A DNA stretch of 64,000 nucleotides from an uncultured Candidatus Saccharibacteria bacterium (GCA_964473175.1 CAYYNN010000001.1:100603-164602); one strand, 5' to 3'; shown: positions 8,556 through 19,089, numbered from the stretch's first letter. Numbers and translations are program-made. The notes: a model not told the origin generated them from the letters alone.

Positions 8556-10322
8556 TTATATGAGCTTTTGCTTTTTGGCGAGTTTTTCAAGCCGATCAAT
8601 ATCAGCTTCGATACCTTTTAATCCTGCTTCAAAGAATGCAGCATTTGTATTGATACCAATAGACTTAAAAATATCTTTTGGACTCATTGAGCGGCCAGCT
8701 CGTAAGAATTGTTCAATTTTCGGAGCGTAACTTGAATCTGCTTTCCATTTCTCAAACAACGCTCTACTGATAATCTGTCCATAGGCATATGAATACACAT
8801 AAAAGTATCGACGAATATGTGACCATGTAACATAGAAATATCCATCATCTTGAGTAACTTCCATTGATTTACCTGTATATGATTGAAGGTGTTTCTGTAA
8901 GAGTGTTGCCATATCGCCTTTATTAACCTGGCCTTCACTTCGAATCCTTTCGTGCAGTTCCTTTTCAAAATTAAAACACGCAATTTGTCTAAAAATAGTG
9001 CTAATATCTCCCATAGTTTTATTATGAAGAAGTACTATTTTTTCACTGTCAGAAAGTCCGGCCTCCAAATCTTCAATAGCAACTTGCTCGAAAAACGTAC
9101 TAGCTACTTCAGCTGTTGCCGTAGAATAGTGTCTATATCGTGGTGGCTGAAATTTACTTAATTCGGTGTGAATACCATGACCCATTTCGTGTGCGAGTGT
9201 TTCTACAGAACGCACATCGTCAGTATGGTTAAGTAATACAAAAGTAGGTAGAAGCGCAGTACCCCAACAATACGCACCGCTTTTCTTTCCTTTACGTGGA
9301 TATACATCCATTTGACCGTTTTCAATAAATGTATCTAGGTATGCAGCATATTTCTTATCAACTTTCGAAAACGCATTTTTTACCAAATCGACTGCATTTG
9401 GAAAATCAAATCTCTTTTTTATTTCTCCAATCTTTACTCCTCTGTCTGCCATAGTTATTTTCTTTTCACCGATCAATTTTGCGTGGAGTGTATAAAATCT
9501 CTGACTGAGAGGAAAATATTTTGTTACAACAGCTACAAGCTCTTGTATAGTCTTCTCATCGTTTTCATATCCTAATATAGTTTCACTATATGCTTTCTTG
9601 TACCCTCTGCGCTCATCCATTACTTTTTTAAAATTGTAGACTGCATTTATTTCTGCCTCAGCAAAAGATGCATTGCGTTTTAATGCTTCATTAATTTTAT
9701 TACTCAATGTATGCCGCGACTGCTTTGGTTGATCTGCAAGAATTGATGTAGCTTTTGCTAATGGAATGGTTTCATTATTATGTTCAATGGTTTCCTGCGA
9801 TAGAACTCGCTGTTGACCATCTACCCACATGTCATAACTAGTCTGAGAAAGTAAAGAGACTATCTGCTCTTCTTTTTCACTCAAATTATATTTTGCACGA
9901 TTAAATATTCTCTCAAGTGTGTATTGATATGGTTGCAAGAGTGGGCTCTGTATGAATTTTTGCTGATCCTGCTTTGCTATCTGGGCAACTTCCAGGAAAA
10001 AGAATTTTATCTTGTTCGTAGCTATATTTATTCTTTGATCCATCTTTGTTGCTAATGCTCCAGCTTTACTGTCATTACTATCCAGATCGGTGCGCAGTGC
10101 AAAATACCACCAACATTTATTGCCATTCATTACTTCTGATAGTTTTTCTCTTTCTGCGAGAGCTTGTTCAAGTTTCTTTGAAGTGCTTTTAAAATCCTTT
10201 CCTTTGTATTTTTTCTCAAAAGCCGAGCAAGCAGCCTCAATAGCCTTTATATCCTTCTCAATCTGAGGATCTCTATCATTTTTATAGAGAAGCCCGAGAT
10301 TCCATTCCGTCTTGTATTTCAT
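8556..10322 (-). CDS. pepF: M3B oligoendopeptidase F family peptidase
   Basis: HEMGH zinc motif, GKKSGAYC, AEVASTFFE, HIRRYFYVYSYAYG. Confidence 0.88.
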   Translation of the reverse strand: MKYKTEWNLGLLYKNDRDPQIEKDIKAIEAACSAFEKKYKGKDFKSTSKKLEQALAEREKLSEVMNGNKCWWYFALRTDLDSNDSKAGALATKMDQRINIATNKIKFFFLEVAQIAKQDQQKFIQSPLLQPYQYTLERIFNRAKYNLSEKEEQIVSLLSQTSYDMWVDGQQRVLSQETIEHNNETIPLAKATSILADQPKQSRHTLSNKINEALKRNASFAEAEINAVYNFKKVMDERRGYKKAYSETILGYENDEKTIQELVAVVTKYFPLSQRFYTLHAKLIGEKKITMADRGVKIGEIKKRFDFPNAVDLVKNAFSKVDKKYAAYLDTFIENGQMDVYPRKGKKSGAYCWGTALLPTFVLLNHTDDVRSVETLAHEMGHGIHTELSKFQPPRYRHYSTATAEVASTFFEQVAIEDLEAGLSDSEKIVLLHNKTMGDISTIFRQIACFNFEKELHERIRSEGQVNKGDMATLLQKHLQSYTGKSMEVTQDDGYFYVTWSHIRRYFYVYSYAYGQIISRALFEKWKADSSYAPKIEQFLRAGRSMSPKDIFKSIGINTNAAFFEAGLKGIEADIDRLEKLAKKQKLI

Positions 10323-10355
10323 ATCCGCCATCATACCACAAACAAAAAACCGCTC

Positions 10356-10823
10356 TTAGAGCGGTGTATTTTCTTCATCCTTACCAAAACGGATTTTGCG
10401 AATTTGTGCTTCCAAAAACCACATAACAATGAACGTAAACAATGCGAGTACAGTGACCACAATCGCCAATTTGTAGAGACCAAACCCTGCAGCCATACCA
10501 ATACCAGCTGCGACCCACATACCGCTTGCTGTCGTTATGCCGCTTACCTTCTGATCGTTACGAAATATAGCGCCTACACCGAGAAATCCTGCTGCTGCAA
10601 CAACTTGTGCTGCCATACGAAGTGGATCAAACAACCCTGTCGTGTGTTGCTCTGCTACAAGCTGAGAAATGATAACAAACAGCGCTGAGCCCATAGAGAT
10701 GAGCGTATAGGTACGCATTCCCGCGGTTTTGTGGGCAAGAAAGCGCTCGATACCTAATGTCATACCAAGTAACATAGCGATGATAAGCGAGAGGACCATT
10801 GGATCGTTTATTATAGATTGCAT
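10356..10823 (-). CDS. MgtC/SapB family membrane protein
   Basis: GIER..AGMRTYTL, DPLRMAAQVV, GITTASGMW. Confidence 0.9.
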   Translation of the reverse strand: MQSIINDPMVLSLIIAMLLGMTLGIERFLAHKTAGMRTYTLISMGSALFVIISQLVAEQHTTGLFDPLRMAAQVVAAAGFLGVGAIFRNDQKVSGITTASGMWVAAGIGMAAGFGLYKLAIVVTVLALFTFIVMWFLEAQIRKIRFGKDEENTPL

Positions 10824-10841
10824 AACAGTAGTATAGCGTTC

Positions 10842-11900
10842 TTAGTCCACACTATCAATTATTCCTCCCCCAATAACGATATCGTTATCATATACCACAA
10901 CGGATTGTCCTAAGGCGATAACACCTGTAAAGTCTAAAACGATTTCATTTTTATTTTTGATATGCGCGACAATATCTTCTCCGTGATATCGGATATGCGC
11001 GACATACGTTTTAGAAATATCATATTCGTTGATACCATTTGATTGCCGCAAAGTGAGTGTTGTTGTGCCGTTTGCAACGGAATCGTTCATAGCTTCTTTT
11101 GCTACAACAAGAATGTTGTGCTCTATATCTTTTTTAACAACATAATACGGTGTCTCATTTGTACCTTTTTCAGTTATATGAAATCCATGCCGCTCTCCTA
11201 ATGTGTAAAACCATACACCTTCATGGGTCCCTATTACCGATCCCTCTATGTTCACTACATCACCTTTTTTCTGTTCTATATAATGACTAAGAAATTCGCG
11301 CATATCGACATCGCCGAGGAAACAGATACCTTGACTATCTTTCTTTGTCGCAGTAAACAGACGTGCTCTCTCAGCGATACTTCGCACTTCTGATTTTAGT
11401 AAATGACCTATAGGAAATAGCACATGTGCAAGTTCTGCCTGCTGGAGCATCCAGAGAAAATACGATTGATCTTTTGCTATATCAATCCCTTTTTGTAATA
11501 CAGTGCCATCGGTGCGAGCATAATGTCCGGTTGCAATAGCGTCTGCCCCATGCGTGCGTGCATAGTCCCACATCACCCCAAACTTGATAACACGGTTGCA
11601 CAAGACATCAGGGTTGGGTGTACGTCCTGCGCGGTATTCAGCGATCATGTATTCTGCAACGCCTTTTTTGTAATCGTCTTCGGCATCCAAGAAGTGGAAC
11701 GGGATATCAAGTGCCGCACAGACGCGCATAGCATCACGTTTCTCATCTAGCCATGTGCACGGAAGCCATTCTGGTGACCATGTTTTCACAAATACTCCAT
11801 GCACATCATGACCTTGTTGTTTGAGCAGGTATGCGACAACAGACGAGTCTACCCCACCAGATACGCCAACGAATATTTTTTTAGTCGTAGAAGTTTTCAC
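10842..11900 (-). CDS. mnmA: tRNA 2-thiouridine synthase MnmA
   Basis: SGGVDS, TPNPDVLCN, ATGHY, KDQSYFL, DSQGICF. Confidence 0.97.
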   Translation of the reverse strand: MKTSTTKKIFVGVSGGVDSSVVAYLLKQQGHDVHGVFVKTWSPEWLPCTWLDEKRDAMRVCAALDIPFHFLDAEDDYKKGVAEYMIAEYRAGRTPNPDVLCNRVIKFGVMWDYARTHGADAIATGHYARTDGTVLQKGIDIAKDQSYFLWMLQQAELAHVLFPIGHLLKSEVRSIAERARLFTATKKDSQGICFLGDVDMREFLSHYIEQKKGDVVNIEGSVIGTHEGVWFYTLGERHGFHITEKGTNETPYYVVKKDIEHNILVVAKEAMNDSVANGTTTLTLRQSNGINEYDISKTYVAHIRYHGEDIVAHIKNKNEIVLDFTGVIALGQSVVVYDNDIVIGGGIIDSVD

Positions 11901-11924
11901 AAAATGATACTAACACGAAAACCG

Positions 11925-12467
11925 TTATTTTAAATTGAGTAACTTCTTGAACACTTCGTACGTTGCATAGGCATCGGCAAAGGCACTATGCGCCTTTTTG
12001 TTTTCAATACCATATTTTTCACACAACGCGCGCAGTGAGAGTTTGCCAATATCATCGTTGTTGTGGAGTACCCCAAATGCGAGTGAGATAGTATCAAGTT
12101 TGTGATAGTGCATGTTATTTTCAACGCTGTACCGTTTAAGGTTTGTATCAATAAATCCATAATCAAACGTTACATTATGCGCAACAAATACAGCTCCCTT
12201 AGTTTTTTCACTAAAAATCTTTAATGCTTCTTCAATAGAAACCGCAAAGATCCAATCAGCGGGATCGTACCCGTTTACCCGTAGAGCCACAGGGTCTGCA
12301 GTTTCAATATGCTTTGGAGCTATTTTGAGATCCAGCTCATCAGTGACCGTAAGTACTCCATCTTTAAGTTTGGCAACGACAATACCGAGTTCGATAATTT
12401 CGCCGATCTCAGGATCAAGACCAGTTGTTTCAATATCTACAAATGCGAGTGGTTGCTGCAGGATCAT
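11925..12467 (-). CDS. DEDDh 3'-5' exonuclease (DnaQ-like)
   Basis: DIETTG, AHNVTFD, HSAFAD. Confidence 0.9.
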   Translation of the reverse strand: MILQQPLAFVDIETTGLDPEIGEIIELGIVVAKLKDGVLTVTDELDLKIAPKHIETADPVALRVNGYDPADWIFAVSIEEALKIFSEKTKGAVFVAHNVTFDYGFIDTNLKRYSVENNMHYHKLDTISLAFGVLHNNDDIGKLSLRALCEKYGIENKKAHSAFADAYATYEVFKKLLNLK

Positions 12468-12469
12468 AA

Positions 12470-13432
12470 TTATTTTAAATATGCTTTGATATTTTTCTTG
12501 TGTTCTGCATACGTAGTCGCGTAGTGTATCACACCACTAGTGTCGTGCAGATAAAAAAGGTATGGCGATTGCTCAGGATATATCGCAGCAATAATCGAAG
12601 CAATACCGGGGTTTGCAATAGGGCCTGGAGGTAACCCTTTGTTTCGATAGGTATTATATGGAGAAACAGTAGCAAGATCTTTTTGCGTCAGATCCTTACT
12701 CTCCTTGCCAAGGATATATAGAAATGGTGCATCAACCTGTAGTGGTAAGTCTGAATCTATTCGCTTCCATAAAATACCGGAGATGATAGCTCGATCATCG
12801 TTACCGTTGGCTTCTTTTTCAATAATCGATGCCATGGTAATAATAGATGCCTTAGTCCTCCCACTTTTTGCAATATCGTTTTCAAGTGGCTTAATTTTGT
12901 TCGTGAAATTTCTTTTGAGTGTCGCCAATATAAAATCAGGTGTTGCTGAAGGGAAAAATCCGTACGTATCGGGAAATAAATAACCCTCAGAATCTTTGGC
13001 AAGCGTCATAAACACCGTACTATCAAAATTATCGAGCGTCAGGTGTAGTCGTTCTGACATTTGTTTTACCGTAAACCCTTCGGGGAAGGTGACTTTTTTC
13101 TTGTCGATACCAAATTGTTTCCCAGAAATACGAAATGCGATTTCAATAATTGTCACCGGATGGTCAAAGTAATACTCGCCTTCACTCACATTCTTTTCAC
13201 TCCCAAGCGCAATCATAAGCATTTCAAAGATTCGGGGTGATCGAATCAAATGCGCCCATTGCAACTCATGGGAAATAGAGAACAGTGTTTGCCCACTTTT
13301 AATAGTGAACTGATATGGTACAGGAAAATCTAGTGGCGGAGCAATAGTCTTGCGAACAACGGAAACACATACGCCCACCAATAAAACAAATAGTACCGCT
13401 CGAAAAATGTTCTTTCCAATTGTAGTCATCAT
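12470..13432 (-). CDS. mltG: Endolytic transglycosylase MltG
   Basis: EGYLFPDTY, ASIIEKE, SPYNTY..GLPPGPIANPG. Confidence 0.95.
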   Translation of the reverse strand: MMTTIGKNIFRAVLFVLLVGVCVSVVRKTIAPPLDFPVPYQFTIKSGQTLFSISHELQWAHLIRSPRIFEMLMIALGSEKNVSEGEYYFDHPVTIIEIAFRISGKQFGIDKKKVTFPEGFTVKQMSERLHLTLDNFDSTVFMTLAKDSEGYLFPDTYGFFPSATPDFILATLKRNFTNKIKPLENDIAKSGRTKASIITMASIIEKEANGNDDRAIISGILWKRIDSDLPLQVDAPFLYILGKESKDLTQKDLATVSPYNTYRNKGLPPGPIANPGIASIIAAIYPEQSPYLFYLHDTSGVIHYATTYAEHKKNIKAYLK

Positions 13433-14703
13433 TATATAGGTAAGTTAGCTGGTGGTTCCCCTTTTTTAGATTCGATACGAGTGAAGTTTGGTGTTTCAGC
13501 AACTCGACCTGGTAAATGAAACATTGTCGCAATTTCTTCAGTGGAAAGAATAAACGGGGTTCCTCCGCTTTTTTCTGGATGCGTAAAATATTTTGACGGT
13601 TTATCAAACTCGAATGATCCGTAGAAAAATCCTCGATGTTTATAATCTTGTAAAATATCTGATTTCTTCTTTATTATTTTATTCCCACCGAGATCTTGCC
13701 AGGGGAAATCAAACGATGTCGCACCTGATGGTTTTAGACCATTGTAGTCTGAGGCACCATATTGCCGAACCATCCCCGTAACACCTGCAATACGATTTGC
13801 GTCAAAGTTTTCACTTCGAGTGATATAGATTGCGCGAATAGCGGCATCAAATCCTATTTTGTTTGCATTTCGTTCAATAGCTTCGACAACTTGCTGTTCA
13901 CCTTTTGTTGCTCGTCTCGTTTCTACTATTTTGCCTTCTCCATCTTTAATTTTTAAATTTTCATTAAAATCTTTGATAACCTGTTTAACTCTGTCTGTCC
14001 ATGCTTTTCCGGGCTCTTCAACACCGTCTTTATTTTTCACCACAAAACGATTGGTTGCAGCACGGAGTATTATCTGAAACCACACATTTTCTCCAATACC
14101 GACAGAGCCCATAAACTCAAGCATGGGAGTAATAGGATCAATACGCTGCTCTTCATCCAAAGAACCTACTGCCCTATCAAGACCGTATTCTATATATGTT
14201 TTGATCGGATAGATTTCTTCTTTTTGTGTTAAGACAAAATCACAGCCCCAGAGTGCGATGGGTGCGTTTTTAGTAAAATCAGGCATTTCTGCGGCATAAT
14301 CTTTTGCTTCAAATACTTCTGCTTGAGGATATTGTGCGTACACCTGACTTTCTATTATTTTCCGGAATTTTTCAGCTGTTCTAATATAAAAATGAATTTT
14401 CCCTTCTAAAGAAGCTATTTCGACTGAGAAATAGTTGCGCAAATTGCCTTTCCAGTATTTATCAAACCAGGTTCCTGTTCCACCTGTTTGATATAAAGAG
14501 TTCAATACAAGCTCCATCGCTGCCGGAGACTTGAATACGTCCTTTGGTGGCTTGATTTCCAATAGCACCCATTTGATTGAGCGCAAGAAAGTCGTTTGCA
14601 CATACGATAACCACAGGTTCCATGCCATCACGGCAACGATAACTAAAACGATAAAGACGCCTGCATGGCGTAAAAGTAGTGTAACTGCAGTGGAAGAATC
14701 CAT
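13432..14703 (-). CDS. Conserved CPR membrane-anchored hypothetical protein
   Basis: N-terminal TM; LLEIKPP, YAQYPQAE, YPIKTY, ILSTEEIATMFHLP, PPANLP motifs recalled from CPR proteins linked to coupling-type ATPases. Confidence 0.6.
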   Translation of the reverse strand: MDSSTAVTLLLRHAGVFIVLVIVAVMAWNLWLSYVQTTFLRSIKWVLLEIKPPKDVFKSPAAMELVLNSLYQTGGTGTWFDKYWKGNLRNYFSVEIASLEGKIHFYIRTAEKFRKIIESQVYAQYPQAEVFEAKDYAAEMPDFTKNAPIALWGCDFVLTQKEEIYPIKTYIEYGLDRAVGSLDEEQRIDPITPMLEFMGSVGIGENVWFQIILRAATNRFVVKNKDGVEEPGKAWTDRVKQVIKDFNENLKIKDGEGKIVETRRATKGEQQVVEAIERNANKIGFDAAIRAIYITRSENFDANRIAGVTGMVRQYGASDYNGLKPSGATSFDFPWQDLGGNKIIKKKSDILQDYKHRGFFYGSFEFDKPSKYFTHPEKSGGTPFILSTEEIATMFHLPGRVAETPNFTRIESKKGEPPANLPI

Positions 14704-14739
14704 TGCGTAAGTATAGCACCCATCAATATTTTTTTAGTA

Positions 14740-15249
14740 TTAATATGCTGAAAATGTCAGCGGGATGCGTGCAGTAGTCGTTTGACCATTTTGCGGTACT
14801 GTTGCAGGTATTAGTATCAAATACCCAGTACCCTTTTTAGGAGCATTGATGAGCGGAACAGATGCAGAAAATGACAAGAGTAGGTTTTGTATATTCCCCG
14901 CAGGTATGGCTGTATATTCTGAAACAGGTTTACCTCCACTATCGACGACTTGTGCATAAAGCGCGATGGATTCTGTAGGTATCCAGTTACACCCACTTAC
15001 TGTTCCTGAAATAGTAACAAATGTAGAAACTTTTTCTAATGATCTTGGTCGCGACGTTGTGAGACCACATGCTTCGCGTGGTGTTGCTGTAGATATGGAA
15101 CTTGTATTTTTTACTGTTCCTGTAGTTGGTGTTGCAGGAGAGCGAGTTCCTCCATCAAGCTTCATCAGTACACCACCAATAAGAACTACGATAAGTAGTA
15201 TCTCAAAGGGTTCCCATTTACTTCCCCCGCTAGCTGGTGCATCTGCCAT
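14740..15249 (-). CDS. Membrane-anchored hypothetical protein, Ig-like beta domain
   Basis: TM helix, Thr/Ser/Pro linker, beta-rich C-domain with two Cys; TGGTATACT upstream. Confidence 0.6.
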   Translation of the reverse strand: MADAPASGGSKWEPFEILLIVVLIGGVLMKLDGGTRSPATPTTGTVKNTSSISTATPREACGLTTSRPRSLEKVSTFVTISGTVSGCNWIPTESIALYAQVVDSGGKPVSEYTAIPAGNIQNLLLSFSASVPLINAPKKGTGYLILIPATVPQNGQTTTARIPLTFSAY

Positions 15250-15268
15250 ATGCGCAATAGTATACCAA

Positions 15269-16300
15269 TTATTTGGCTACGGTGTATCGATTGTCAGGAA
15301 GTTTTTTGAAGTATTTGGCATTCTGTAAATTAACCAAAATTGTATTCTTTTTCAAAAATCGTTCTTTCAGTACGCGGTCAATGACATCTTCTTTACTTAG
15401 TGGACCTTCTTTTACGAGAATTTCTTTGATGACATCCCGAACGATACCCGGTTTGTATCCCCATTCTGCAAGAGCATAGTATCCGCGTCCGACGAGTACA
15501 AATCGAGAGTCTTTGATAAGCTCATTGTGTGTTGTTGCAACATGTGTCTTCTTACCAAAAGTATCAGCAATAGCTTTTGCAACTTCACGGAAATGCATTG
15601 GGGAACCGTGTTTTCGCATCATAAGGAATGCATAATCTTTGATACCCCGTGTCTTAATGTTTTGTGATGATGAAGGCCCCCATTCTCCGAGAGGGTTTTG
15701 TGCGATCTTTTTTGAAATGTTGAGCCATCGTCGCGCAACTTCTTCGCTTTTATATTGATCTGCAACATCCTTTACTTCTTTGAGGAAACGAGAAACGAGA
15801 TCTTCTTCTGAAAGAAGTTCTTTATCATCAAGAGTCCGGTATACACTATGAAGCGCTTCATGCACTACCTCTGAAAGACTTTCATCAACAGTCCATCGAG
15901 CATTGAAGTGTTCATCGTCTTTCATCATTTTAAACTCATCTCCAAGTACTAAGTAGAAGCGTACATGGTTTTGTATTGATTTGTCCTTAGATACAAATGA
16001 AAGAAAATCATCTTCATGTACCATCGCACCCGCTGTTTCAATAAGTGCCTTTAATTCAGAAAAAGTTTTATGTTCCGCTTTAAATGTTTCGCTCTTTCTA
16101 ATAGCAGCTAATGCAGCATTTTCAATCTGACGAACTCGTTCACGGGTGATACTATATTTCTTCCCAATGGCTTCAAGTGTCTTTGAATCAGCACTATCGG
16201 TGAGGCCGTAACGGTTGACGATGATGTCATATGCACGGTCTTGGAGGTTAGACAAAAGACGTTTTGTGACTTGTTTTGGTTTGAAGCTGATAACTGCCAT
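15269..16300 (-). CDS. Sigma70 region-4 HTH fused to winged-helix (RNAP delta/HARE-HTH-like) domains
   Basis: RYGL..TLEAIG..ITRERVRQIE; C-terminal PMHFREV..HNELIKDSRFVLVGRGYYALAEWG. Confidence 0.8.
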   Translation of the reverse strand: MAVISFKPKQVTKRLLSNLQDRAYDIIVNRYGLTDSADSKTLEAIGKKYSITRERVRQIENAALAAIRKSETFKAEHKTFSELKALIETAGAMVHEDDFLSFVSKDKSIQNHVRFYLVLGDEFKMMKDDEHFNARWTVDESLSEVVHEALHSVYRTLDDKELLSEEDLVSRFLKEVKDVADQYKSEEVARRWLNISKKIAQNPLGEWGPSSSQNIKTRGIKDYAFLMMRKHGSPMHFREVAKAIADTFGKKTHVATTHNELIKDSRFVLVGRGYYALAEWGYKPGIVRDVIKEILVKEGPLSKEDVIDRVLKERFLKKNTILVNLQNAKYFKKLPDNRYTVAK

Positions 16301-16337
16301 AAGATATTGGAAAATAAATATAAATTACTATAGATAC

Positions 16338-16365
16338 ACTTTATCATGGATATAAAAAAAGTCAA
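16338..16365 (-). promoter_or_regulatory. Promoter of the sigma-r4 fusion gene
   Basis: TTGACT-16 nt-TAAAGT with extended TG. Confidence 0.5.
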
Positions 16366-16413
16366 ACTCTCGACAGGTGTCAAACAAGCCTTATCGAATA
16401 AGGGTTTTCTGTT

Positions 16414-17466
16414 TTAGAGCACTTTACGGATATCCCCAATTGTCAAAAACACCATAAGTCCGATTAAAAGCAAGAAGCCTACTCCGTGAATAATTCCAAC
16501 GACTGTTGATGAAAATTTGCGTCGAGTGATTGCTTCTCCCCACACAACAACGAGCCTTCCTCCGTCCAATGCGGGGAATGGTAGTACATTGAGCACTGCT
16601 AAGTTGAGCGAGATAGTAGCAACAAAAGCAAGTAGGTATGTTAGGCCAAATGTAGCAGCGTTCCCGACTTCTTTTGCAAGTCCAACAGGACCTACCAACC
16701 CTTCAGTCGTACCGTTCCCGGTGAACAACCCTCCAACTAATGTACCTATAGCAAGAAAAATGTTTTTGGTTAAAACAATCGTTTGATGCCACGCTAATGC
16801 GATAGATTGAAAAAATGGCTGTTTAATAACCCCAATAGATTCAATAGCGATGCCTACCATGCGATTTCCATCAGATTCGGTAGGAGTTATTGTTGCAGTT
16901 TCAGCCCCACCTTTGTGTACATAGGCAATCATTACATCTTTTGTCCCCAACTGTATTGCCGTGTGGATTTTTTCAGTATCAATAGTGCTCACCAACTCGC
17001 CGTCTACGGTAATAGCTGTAACAATATCTCCCACAGCAATGCCTGCTTTTTCAGTGGGACTTCCTTGCACGACCGATATAACTGTTGGTGTTCCTGTTTC
17101 TGTTATTCCTGGCAACCCAATGATATAGGCTATAGAAAAGAGTACTAGCGCCAAAACGAAGTTCATAATAACCCCAGCGAGTAATACGATACTTTTGATA
17201 TACCACGGCTTTGATTCAAATTGTCTTTCTCTTGGAATGCCCTGGTCTTCACCGTTCTCCCCCGCTATTTTCACAAACCCTCCAATAGGTAGCGCGTTGA
17301 CGGAGTATACAGTCTCTCCTTTTTTAAATGAAGCAAGACGTGGTGGAATACCAAAACCAAATTCTTCGACTAACATGCCACTTTTTTTTGCAGCAATAAA
17401 ATGTCCAAATTCATGAACGATAACACAGACAAGCAATACTCCGATGAATAAAATAACAGTCATCAT
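16414..17466 (-). CDS. rseP: Site-2 metalloprotease RseP with PDZ domain
   Basis: HEFGH, PIGGFV, NVLPFPALDGGR. Confidence 0.95.
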   Translation of the reverse strand: MMTVILFIGVLLVCVIVHEFGHFIAAKKSGMLVEEFGFGIPPRLASFKKGETVYSVNALPIGGFVKIAGENGEDQGIPRERQFESKPWYIKSIVLLAGVIMNFVLALVLFSIAYIIGLPGITETGTPTVISVVQGSPTEKAGIAVGDIVTAITVDGELVSTIDTEKIHTAIQLGTKDVMIAYVHKGGAETATITPTESDGNRMVGIAIESIGVIKQPFFQSIALAWHQTIVLTKNIFLAIGTLVGGLFTGNGTTEGLVGPVGLAKEVGNAATFGLTYLLAFVATISLNLAVLNVLPFPALDGGRLVVVWGEAITRRKFSSTVVGIIHGVGFLLLIGLMVFLTIGDIRKVL

Positions 17467-17467
17467 G

Positions 17468-18004
17468 CTAACTCAAAATGTCTCCTTCCTTCCTTGCCAA
17501 AAGTGCTTCAAGTGTTGTATTGGCACCATCAACAAGTTTCTGAAGATCATCTTTTGCACCACGAAAAGTGTCTTCTGGGAGATCTTGTTCTTTGAGAGTA
17601 TTGAGCATAAGTTCACGCGCCTTGCGCACAGTAATACGAGCGTCTTCAAGTCTCTCTTTTGCAATCTTGACGAGCTGATTGCGAGTCTCGGTAGTCAATG
17701 CAGGAATAATAACTCGTGCACCCATATCATCTGCTGCGATAGAAAATCCGAGGTTGGCGCCATGGAGAGCACGCTCGATATCTTTGATTTGTGATTTATC
17801 CCACGGAGAAACACGCAATGTTTTTGCGTCTTCGATAGATATACTGGCGATGTTTTTTAGTGGCTGAAATGCACCATAGCTTTCTACCTGAACACCATCA
17901 AGAAGTGCCGGTGACGCGCGGCCTGTGTGGATCTGTGAGTATTCTTTTGTGAGCCATTCTTCTGCTTGTTTTGCTTCTGCCTTAAAGGGTTCTAACGTAT
18001 GCAT
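17468..18004 (-). CDS. frr: Ribosome recycling factor
   Basis: IHTGRASPALLD, PWDKS, PALTTETR. Confidence 0.96.
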   Translation of the reverse strand: MHTLEPFKAEAKQAEEWLTKEYSQIHTGRASPALLDGVQVESYGAFQPLKNIASISIEDAKTLRVSPWDKSQIKDIERALHGANLGFSIAADDMGARVIIPALTTETRNQLVKIAKERLEDARITVRKARELMLNTLKEQDLPEDTFRGAKDDLQKLVDGANTTLEALLARKEGDILS

Positions 18005-18042
18005 ACGTGCGATTATATCACATCCTACACGCGCAAAAAAAC

Positions 18043-18420
18043 CTATTCGTTATGAATAGGTTTTTTAGTAATTATAATTTTCTCAATATTTTTATCTTGA
18101 TCTGATGACAAGATTTCGGAATATGAGCCCGGCTGCATTTTATACTGGGAAAGGAGTACAACGCGTATTGTTGTCATAATATCATCTATGTTTGGGATAT
18201 ATACAATGCGTGTATTTTTATCCGAAATACTAAATGATTCTAAGGCTCGAATACTCATTGTTGCATTACTAATGTTTTCAACTTGTATTGCTATAAAAAC
18301 TTTCTTTCCTGCTATCATCTGAGGATATATATAGGAATGTTTGTTTTTATCATTAACCTGAGCACTACTTGTGGTAGTAAAAGCGATCGCAATCACTAAC
18401 GAAAGGACTATTTTTTTCAT
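18043..18420 (-). CDS. Secreted hypothetical protein (ORFan)
   Basis: Signal peptide MKKIVLSLVIAIAFTTTSSA; AT-rich; own TTGACT-16-TACAGT promoter. Confidence 0.65.
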   Translation of the reverse strand: MKKIVLSLVIAIAFTTTSSAQVNDKNKHSYIYPQMIAGKKVFIAIQVENISNATMSIRALESFSISDKNTRIVYIPNIDDIMTTIRVVLLSQYKMQPGSYSEILSSDQDKNIEKIIITKKPIHNE

Positions 18421-18476
18421 ACTGTTTTTTTTGATACTGTACTCTTTTTTAGAAAAAAGTCAAATACCCCACTGGA

Positions 18477-19088
18477 TTAAAGAACGACACTAGCTACATA
18501 TTCCATCACAACTTTTGTGGGCATGTTTGCTTTGAATAACATACGCTTTGCATCATAGATTATCGCTGATTTTTTTGCGTCAGTTTTAAACTGTGCCTCA
18601 AATTGATCTAGTAGTGCAACAGCAGACGCCCGACGTGTTGCCGCATCGTCATCACTGTCACTTGAAAGTTCTTTTTTTACATACTCTAGCGCTTGAGCTT
18701 TATCCATTGTTTGAACTGCTACCATCGCTCGTTGTGTTTGGAGTAGTGCAACACGTGATCGTATCGTTAAAGGTACTATGTACGGATATGGTGTAACAAA
18801 AACAATAGTGGTGCGTTGATCTGGTTCTTCTAATGATTTCAAAAGTAGTTGCGCGGCATCAGAAGAAAATACTGAAAAATACACAATGATCGCTCTTTCG
18901 GTATCGTCACCTTCAACAGCAAACGATGCAACAGTGCGTGCATTATCCTTTGTAAATCTCGCAACGTTGAGCATATGCACTATCGCAAAAGTGTCTTCCA
19001 TCTCATGAGCGAGTGTATAAAACTGTTCTACATTTCCCTGTACAAGAAATATCCGCTGTGGTTTGTATTGTTCAAAAATAATCGCCAT
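18477..19088 (-). CDS. DNA polymerase III delta-prime-like protein, truncated
   Basis: AAQLLLKSLEEP and LTIRSR (clamp-loader SRC region); no Walker A or Zn module. Confidence 0.7.
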   Translation of the reverse strand: MAIIFEQYKPQRIFLVQGNVEQFYTLAHEMEDTFAIVHMLNVARFTKDNARTVASFAVEGDDTERAIIVYFSVFSSDAAQLLLKSLEEPDQRTTIVFVTPYPYIVPLTIRSRVALLQTQRAMVAVQTMDKAQALEYVKKELSSDSDDDAATRRASAVALLDQFEAQFKTDAKKSAIIYDAKRMLFKANMPTKVVMEYVASVVL

Positions 19089-19089
19089 A

